Assembly (NCBI GenBank): GCA_963836185.1
Contig: CAWIIQ010000001.1
Coordinates: forward strand, 1,760,001 to 1,824,000
Source of the DNA: Candidatus Krumholzibacteriia bacterium
GTDB taxonomy: Bacteria; Krumholzibacteriota; Krumholzibacteriia; Krumholzibacteriales; Krumholzibacteriaceae
DNA length: 64,000 nt
Reading direction: 5' to 3'
Shown here: in pieces, positions 57,917-64,000 of the stretch
Numbering within the stretch: the first letter of the stretch is position 1
Layout: each line of letters opens with the position of its first letter
The notes under the pieces: generated by a model
Databases searched by the model: none
What the model was told of the DNA's origin: nothing
What the model saw: only the letters and a program-made list of their open reading frames with translations
Translations under genes and position numbers: made by a program

Positions 57917-60166
57917 TTAGAAGAAAGTGCCGAAAGTGAAATGGGGCTCCCATGCCGGTCCGCCGTACTTGTCAAAGCCGTATCCATAATCGAAACCGAG
58001 GTTGCCCATGCCGGGCATCTCGATCCGGATCCCTACTCCCAGCCCGCGTCTCATGTTGTATATATTCGCCTCCGTCATCGAGTTCCACGCATTACCAATA
58101 TCGTAAAAAACGACGCCCCAGACCATCTGCGAGAAGGGGAAGACAAGTTCCTGCGTAATCTTGGTCATGAACGTGCCGCCGACGAACGGGTCATTCCCCT
58201 CAGGTACGATCTCGTAGAAATCGTATCCTCGCAGAGGGAACTTCCTGTTGCCGCCGAGCCTGTACTTTTCGTAATCCTCGACCTTTACCCCGCCGAATCC
58301 GTGTATACCGGCGACGTCAAGACCGAGATGGAATGTAAGCCTCCAGAACAGGAGCTTGAACCACGATATACCCGCGCTGTTCCTGATAAACTGCACGTTA
58401 CCGCCGAACGGCCCGCCGGCCAGTTCCGTGTTCCATGTAATGACAGTTCCACGTGTCGGGTGGAACGGGCTGTCGGTCGAATTTCTTACTATGCTCAGTG
58501 AAACCGTGCTCTTGTTCAGAGGCCAGCCTACCTGCCTCAGCGATCCATCATCAGGGTACGCAGTGTCGAAATCAGAGAGGTTGACCTTCTCGAACCTGTA
58601 CCCGAGGAAGAATCTCGTGTAATCGAGAAACGGAAGCTGGCGCCCGCCGCGGAGCGAGAAACCGGTCCTCGTATCCCTGTAGTACTGCTGGCTTACCCTG
58701 TCCTGCACCCAGTCGAAGACATTGACCGTAAAGGACCACTTCGTATCCATGAAATAGGGCGTGGTATACCGGAGGTTGAGGTTCTTGCGGTACTTTCCGA
58801 ATTCCCAGTCGAGTCCGATCGTCTTTCCACGGCCGAGGAAGTTGTTCTCCTGCATGCCGAGGAACCCGGTCAGCCTGTTGAGCTGCGAGAATCCGAATCC
58901 TGCCCTGAAACTGCCCGTCTGCTTCTCCTCGACATCGATCAGGAGATTGATATCGCCCTCATCTCCGACCGGTTCGGTGTCTATCTTCGGCGGTCCGGCG
59001 AAATATCCCATCTGGAATATATCGCGGACACTACGCTGCACATCCTGCAGAATGAACCTGTCACCGGGATAGACGTCGAGTTCGCGGCGGATCACATTCT
59101 CGAATGTCTTGGTGTTCCCCGAGATCTTGATCTCGTGGATGGATGCGGGCTGGTTCTCGATGATCTCTATGTCGAGATCTATCATCCTGCGCCGCTTCGT
59201 CTGGTTGGGGATGACGCGGCTCCATATATACCCGTTCTCCCAGTAGACCGAGTTGATCTGCATGTTGGTCATCTCCATGGCATGCATGGAAAACGGCTCG
59301 CCCTCGACGAGCATGACCAGATCCTCTATCCTCTCGTCTTCTACTTCCTCGTTTCCGCTCCATGAGATGTCTCCGACGTAGTATCGCAGCCCCTCGTTGA
59401 TCCTTATGTATACATCGACGTACCTGTCGTCCTCGACTCTCTCGAGATGATCGACCTTCACGGTGGCGTCGAGAAATCCGTCATCGCGGTACATGGTCAG
59501 CATCTTCGCAATATCCTCATCGAGCACCGCGGGCTTGTAGTCCCCGCCCCGGAACCAGGAGTCCGGCTTGCTCTCCATCAGGCCGAGGAGTTCCTTCGAA
59601 CTGAATACCCCGTTGCCCAGGATATCGATATGCCTGATCTTGACCTTGGCGCCCTCGTCGATGTTGTATGTCACGTAGATCTTGTGTTCTTCCTGCGACG
59701 GGGTCCTGACGACCTCTATCTTCGCCCCGTTGTATCCCTTTTCGGCGTAGAGATCCCTTATAGCCGTTATATCCCTCGTTATCATCGCCGGACGGGCAAA
59801 ATACCCCTCGCGAAGAGATATCTTATCCCTGATATCCTTTTCCTTGATCTTGCGGGCACCTTCTATCACGACCGTCTTGACCCGGGGATACTCCTCGACG
59901 ACGATCGTAACGACAGCCTTTCCGCCTTCCTCTGCGTAATAGGCCTGTACATCGGCGAAGTCTTTTGTCCTCACAAGCCTCTTTATTCCCTGAGAGACTT
60001 TCTCCGCGACGAATATATCTCCGGCCTTCACGCCGAGAATAGACTGCACCTTCGTCTCAGTAACGAATATATTGCCCTCTACAGCTACTCTGCCGACCTC
60101 TATAGAAAAGGCCTGCGAGGATGTCGCAAGGATGATAAGTAAAACTGTAATAAGCGTTTTCGTCAT
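57917..60166 (-). CDS. bamA: Outer membrane protein assembly factor BamA
   Basis: POTRA repeats (GNTKT...IRREL), NFLGRG, LRGY, C-terminal Phe. Confidence 0.93.
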   Translation of the reverse strand: MTKTLITVLLIILATSSQAFSIEVGRVAVEGNIFVTETKVQSILGVKAGDIFVAEKVSQGIKRLVRTKDFADVQAYYAEEGGKAVVTIVVEEYPRVKTVVIEGARKIKEKDIRDKISLREGYFARPAMITRDITAIRDLYAEKGYNGAKIEVVRTPSQEEHKIYVTYNIDEGAKVKIRHIDILGNGVFSSKELLGLMESKPDSWFRGGDYKPAVLDEDIAKMLTMYRDDGFLDATVKVDHLERVEDDRYVDVYIRINEGLRYYVGDISWSGNEEVEDERIEDLVMLVEGEPFSMHAMEMTNMQINSVYWENGYIWSRVIPNQTKRRRMIDLDIEIIENQPASIHEIKISGNTKTFENVIRRELDVYPGDRFILQDVQRSVRDIFQMGYFAGPPKIDTEPVGDEGDINLLIDVEEKQTGSFRAGFGFSQLNRLTGFLGMQENNFLGRGKTIGLDWEFGKYRKNLNLRYTTPYFMDTKWSFTVNVFDWVQDRVSQQYYRDTRTGFSLRGGRQLPFLDYTRFFLGYRFEKVNLSDFDTAYPDDGSLRQVGWPLNKSTVSLSIVRNSTDSPFHPTRGTVITWNTELAGGPFGGNVQFIRNSAGISWFKLLFWRLTFHLGLDVAGIHGFGGVKVEDYEKYRLGGNRKFPLRGYDFYEIVPEGNDPFVGGTFMTKITQELVFPFSQMVWGVVFYDIGNAWNSMTEANIYNMRRGLGVGIRIEMPGMGNLGFDYGYGFDKYGGPAWEPHFTFGTFF

Positions 60167-60340
60167 ATCATATCCATTTGCTGGTCTCTGAACCCGGTGA
60201 ATGCTATCACAGCCCCTCGAAGCCTGCAAAGATATAAAAGACCAGCCGGTAAGAAAGCGGTCCCATTCACCCGGCGATCCAGGGTCCGTATAAGATAAGA
60301 CACCCGGGCCACAGGGGAAAGCCCGTTTCTCCGGCTTTTT

Positions 60341-60370
60341 AAAGGGCCCCGGGAATCGTTCCCGGGGCTC
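60341..60370 (-). terminator. Hairpin downstream of clpC, probable terminator
   Basis: Minus strand GAGCCCCGGGAA-CGA-TTCCCGGGGCCC followed by TTT. Confidence 0.55.
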
Positions 60371-60426
60371 TCACTCTTTTACGTTTGAGGGATAACGCGG
60401 TTCCAGATTTTCTCTCGCGCGGGGGC

Positions 60427-62895
60427 CTATTCAGGCTGGCACGAATCGACTTTCTTGCTCTCGGCCACGAATATCAGGCCCTTGGCAGATGGATCCGCGG
60501 TGATCTTCAGAGTATCGTTCCGGCTTATCTCGCCACCGAGCATCTTCTCGCTCAGCGGATCCTCGAGAAGCTTCTGAATAGCTCTCTTGAGCGGCCTTGC
60601 CCCGAGAGCAGGATCGTATCCATTGTCCAGGATGAAACCCTTCGCTTCCTCCGTGATCTCGAAATCGAGATGCATCGCCTCGAGCCTGCTGTAGAGGTCC
60701 TTTAAAAGGATCTCGATGATCTCCATCAGGTCCTTGCGGTCGAGCTGCCTGAAGACGATCAGTTCGTCGATCCTGTTTATGAATTCGGGATTGAATATCT
60801 GTCTTGCCGCATCCATGATCTTGCTCTTCATGTGATCGTAACCGGCATCGGCCCCTCCGTCATCGGAGACGAATCCCATCCCCTTCGTTCCCTTGACTTC
60901 CTTGGCGCCGGCGTTCGAGGTCATGATCAGGACAGTGTTCTTGAAATCGACCCTGCGTCCGAACGAATCGGTCAGGCTCCCCTCCTCAAGTATCTGAAGC
61001 AGGAGGTTGAATACGTCCGGATGAGCCTTCTCGATCTCGTCGAGAAGGACGACAGAATAAGGTTTGCGTCTGACCTTCTCGGTGAGCTGTCCGCCCTCCT
61101 CATAGCCCACATATCCGGGAGGCGCGCCGACGAGCCTGGAGATAGCGAACTTCTCCATGTACTCCGACATGTCTATCTGGATAAGCGCGTCCTCGCTCTC
61201 GAACAGGGTAGCCGAGAGTGTCCTTGCCAGCTCGGTCTTGCCGACGCCTGTCGGCCCGAGGAATACGAACGAGCCGATAGGCCTTCGCGGATCGCGAAGG
61301 CCGGCCCTGTTCCTTCTAACGGCCCTGGCGACCGACTTGAGCGCCGGCTCCTGGCCGACGACCCTTTTGCGCAGCTCGTCTTCGAGGTTGAGAAGCTTGA
61401 CCGTCTCCTCCTCCTCGACATCGGCTACGGGAATACCGGTCATTTCGGAGATGACATTGGCAACATCCTTGGCCGTGACGATCGATTCACTCTCCTGTCT
61501 CGACTCGGCCCATTCCCTGTGCCTGTCCTTCAGGGTGGAGCGTAGCTCCTTTTCCTGGTCCCTGAATGAGGCTGCCTTCTCGAACTCCTGGGCCTGGATC
61601 GATGATTCCTTCTCCTTGGATATATCCTCGATCTGCCTTTCCATCTCTCGCAGCTCCTCGGGGATCGTGGTGACCGAAAGCCTGGCCCTGGCGCCGGCCT
61701 CATCGATCACGTCGATCGCCTTGTCGGGCAGGAAGCGTCCCTGCACATACCGCTGGCTGAGATGGACCGACTGGTTTATCGCGTCATCAGTGAATTTGGT
61801 CCTGTGATGAGCCTCGTACTTGTCGCGCAGCCCGAGAATTATCTGGATAGTCTCATCCTCGGTCGGCGGATTGATCATGATCGACTGGAATCTGCGCTCT
61901 AGCGCGCCGTCCTTCTCGATATGCTTCCTGTACTCATCGAGGGTAGTCGCTCCTATGCACTGTATCTCGCCCCTCGCCAGTGCGGGTTTGAGCATGTTCG
62001 AGGCATCTATGGCACCCTCGGCCCCACCGGCTCCGACGATCGTATGTATCTCATCGATGAAGATGATTATCTGGTCATTGTCGCGGATCTCCGCGATGAT
62101 ATTCTTAAGACGTTCCTCGAACTGTCCTCTGTATTTCGTTCCTGCTACAACAGATGCCAGATCGAGCGTCGTTATTCTCTTGTCCTTGAGAAGTTCGGGT
62201 ACCTTGTTCGCCATGATCTTCTGGGCGAGGCCCTCGATGATGGCGGTCTTCCCCACACCCGGCTCTCCGATCAGAACGGGGTTATTCTTTTTCCTCCTGC
62301 ACAGTATCTGGGTGATCCTGCCGATCTCCTTGTCACGTCCTATGATCGGATCGAGCTTGTTGTCCCTCGCAAGCTCGGTGAGGTCCCGTCCGAACTGGTC
62401 GAGCGTCGGGGTCTCGCTCTTCGCCGCCTTGCCACGCTCGGAGCCTCGTCCCGCGCCTCCCTGGTGGATCATCTTCATGATCTCTTCACGGACCCTTTTG
62501 CGGTCCACGCCCAGTTCGAGGAGGACTCGCGCGGCGACTCCTTCCCCCTCCCGGATCAGTCCGAGGAGAAGATGCTCTGTACCGACATAATTGTGCCCGA
62601 GGAGCCTGGCCTCTTCGATCGAGAGCTCGAGGACCCTCTTTCCTCTCGGAGTCAACGGCACCTCGCCGAGGGTCAGCGTATCGCCGCTCGGCCTGACGAT
62701 ATTCTCTATCGCCTGCTGTATCTGATCGAGATCGAGATCGAGTTTCTGCAGTACCCGCGCGGCGATTCCCTCTCCCTCGCGGACTATGCCGAGCAGGAGA
62801 TGCTCGGTTCCGATGTAATCATGCTGCAGCCTGTTCGCCTCGTCACGCGCAAGGTATATGACTTTTCTGACCCGCTCTGTGAACTTGTCGTTCAT
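60427..62895 (-). CDS. clpC: ATP-dependent Clp protease ATP-binding subunit ClpC
   Basis: Two Clp-N repeats (GTEHLLLG), GEPGVGKT, UVR-type middle domain, GPTGVGKT, PPGYVGY. Confidence 0.95.
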   Translation of the reverse strand: MNDKFTERVRKVIYLARDEANRLQHDYIGTEHLLLGIVREGEGIAARVLQKLDLDLDQIQQAIENIVRPSGDTLTLGEVPLTPRGKRVLELSIEEARLLGHNYVGTEHLLLGLIREGEGVAARVLLELGVDRKRVREEIMKMIHQGGAGRGSERGKAAKSETPTLDQFGRDLTELARDNKLDPIIGRDKEIGRITQILCRRKKNNPVLIGEPGVGKTAIIEGLAQKIMANKVPELLKDKRITTLDLASVVAGTKYRGQFEERLKNIIAEIRDNDQIIIFIDEIHTIVGAGGAEGAIDASNMLKPALARGEIQCIGATTLDEYRKHIEKDGALERRFQSIMINPPTEDETIQIILGLRDKYEAHHRTKFTDDAINQSVHLSQRYVQGRFLPDKAIDVIDEAGARARLSVTTIPEELREMERQIEDISKEKESSIQAQEFEKAASFRDQEKELRSTLKDRHREWAESRQESESIVTAKDVANVISEMTGIPVADVEEEETVKLLNLEDELRKRVVGQEPALKSVARAVRRNRAGLRDPRRPIGSFVFLGPTGVGKTELARTLSATLFESEDALIQIDMSEYMEKFAISRLVGAPPGYVGYEEGGQLTEKVRRKPYSVVLLDEIEKAHPDVFNLLLQILEEGSLTDSFGRRVDFKNTVLIMTSNAGAKEVKGTKGMGFVSDDGGADAGYDHMKSKIMDAARQIFNPEFINRIDELIVFRQLDRKDLMEIIEILLKDLYSRLEAMHLDFEITEEAKGFILDNGYDPALGARPLKRAIQKLLEDPLSEKMLGGEISRNDTLKITADPSAKGLIFVAESKKVDSCQPE

Positions 62896-62934
62896 GTGCC
62901 CTGGTCTTCCTTTCCCCAGGCGGACCCGGCGTCT

Positions 62935-63997
62935 TCAGGACGCCTTCAGCCTCGACCTGATGTAATCAGCCCTGCTCCTGTCACGCTCGTCCGGTCCCAT
63001 GACCTTCTCGTAGAGCATCTGGAGATGCATCGGCTGAATCATTATCAGCATCTCGTTGAGAACAGACAGCCCCGTACCGGTGATGATCCCGAGACCGACA
63101 CCGAGACGGACCGCCGAGATGAGCCCCATGGCTTCCCTGGAATCGAGCATCCTCGCATTCCTCAGAAGGCCCTAGGCTCTCCATATCTTGTCTTCGAGCA
63201 AACTCCGTGCCTCTTTGAGAAGGCGTTTCACGAGCTTTCTTCTCGAATTCGAGCACTTTACGTATATGCGCGTCCATGTTCTTTACTGTATCTGACTCGG
63301 AGAGGCCGAGAGTGATCGAGTTCGATATCTGGAAAAAATTACCCCCCACCTCACTGCCTTCCCCATAACCACCTCTTACACTTAACCTTACATGTCTCAG
63401 ACCATCGGAGACCTGTCTGATGTCTCCATTATGCACCAGCCCGGGGAGATGGACCATCGCCGAGACCCGCAGCCCTGTCCCGACATTCGTGGCACAGGCC
63501 GTGAGGTATCCGTAACGGTCGGAAAAGGCGAATTCAAGGGAACTGTCGAGTTCGTCGTCGAGACGGCTTACCCGCTCGAAGGCCTCGCTGAGCGCCAGCC
63601 CCGCCTCAAAAGACTGAAGCCTGAGATGGTCCTCGTCATTTATCATGACGCTGAGCTTTTCGCCTTTCACCACGACAAGTCCGCGGTCTGCGTACCTTTT
63701 GACCATAGCCTGGGATATGAGCCTTCTCTCGGCAAGGATCATACGATCCGGTTCAGTCGTCTCGTTCATATCGAAAAATACGGAGTCCTTCATCGAGGGA
63801 GCCAGCTCAAGCGCGCCCCTCGCCTCGCTCCAGGACCGTTTCGAGCTCGGAGGCATCGGCGCAGTGAGTGAAGGTCCTGCCCTCTATATTCCGGGCCAGC
63901 CTGACCCGGGTGGAAAGGACAAGTTCACTCTCCTCCCATCCTCGGTGAGCCAGGAGGCAGGGGTCTTCAGAAGCGTCTGCAGCTCTTTCTGCTTCAC
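62935..63997 (-). pseudogene. mcsB: Protein-arginine kinase McsB, disrupted as sequenced (3 frameshifts and an in-frame TAG)
   Basis: STRVRLARN, MINDEDHLR, CATNVGTGLR, GEGSE, FQISN and RADYIR are spread over several frames; directly upstream of clpC. Confidence 0.85.
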
Positions 63998-64000
63998 TGC

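Noticed and set aside
63172-63174. Amber recoding (pyrrolysine/readthrough) in mcsB
   Set aside because: TAG is used as a normal stop by other genes here, the same gene also has frameshifts, and no pyl genes are in the window.
61921-63315. Long plus-strand ORF (464 aa) and similar antisense ORFs (e.g. 10276..11304, 18846..19802, 21237..22316, 54654..55730)
   Set aside because: These are shadows of well-conserved minus-strand genes in GC-rich DNA, with no recognisable motifs.

Overview
A 64-kb chromosomal window (moderately GC-rich) from a Gram-negative bacterium. The lpxC-fabZ fusion and the mcsB-clpC-bamA-skp-lpxD order suggest an FCB-group lineage such as Krumholzibacteriota/Latescibacterota; this is inference only. 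Left to right: (1) the 3' part of otsA; (2) a minus-strand Wzx/Wza/GumC/CpsD exopolysaccharide locus with an ExeA-like ATPase, a nucleotidyltransferase + phosphodiesterase pair and a GT2/EamA/GT-C-like module; (3) an LPS-core cluster (four GT9, split hldA/hldC, msbA) behind hsp20-lon; (4) small envelope genes; (5) a GldA/F/G-like ABC system with DUF4340; (6) an AmmeMemoRadiSam pair in which both proteins carry export signals; (7) an HNH endonuclease gene preceded by a hairpin-dense non-coding region and a helically phased 42-bp-period repeat; (8) a catalytically degenerate membrane spermidine-synthase-like gene, coupled to a Minf_1886-family gene and nadB; (9) the lipid A/BamA operon; (10) clpC and a disrupted mcsB. 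Several genes carry single-base indels in short homopolymers, most likely sequencing or assembly errors. I found no rRNA, tRNA, canonical CRISPR array or transposase. Best leads: the HNH cassette (43.1-44.9 kb), the apparently extracytoplasmic radical-SAM system with its pseudo-aminopropyltransferase neighbour, and a terminator/antiterminator leader in front of the EPS priming transferase. All family calls come from motif recognition by eye; no database search was run.
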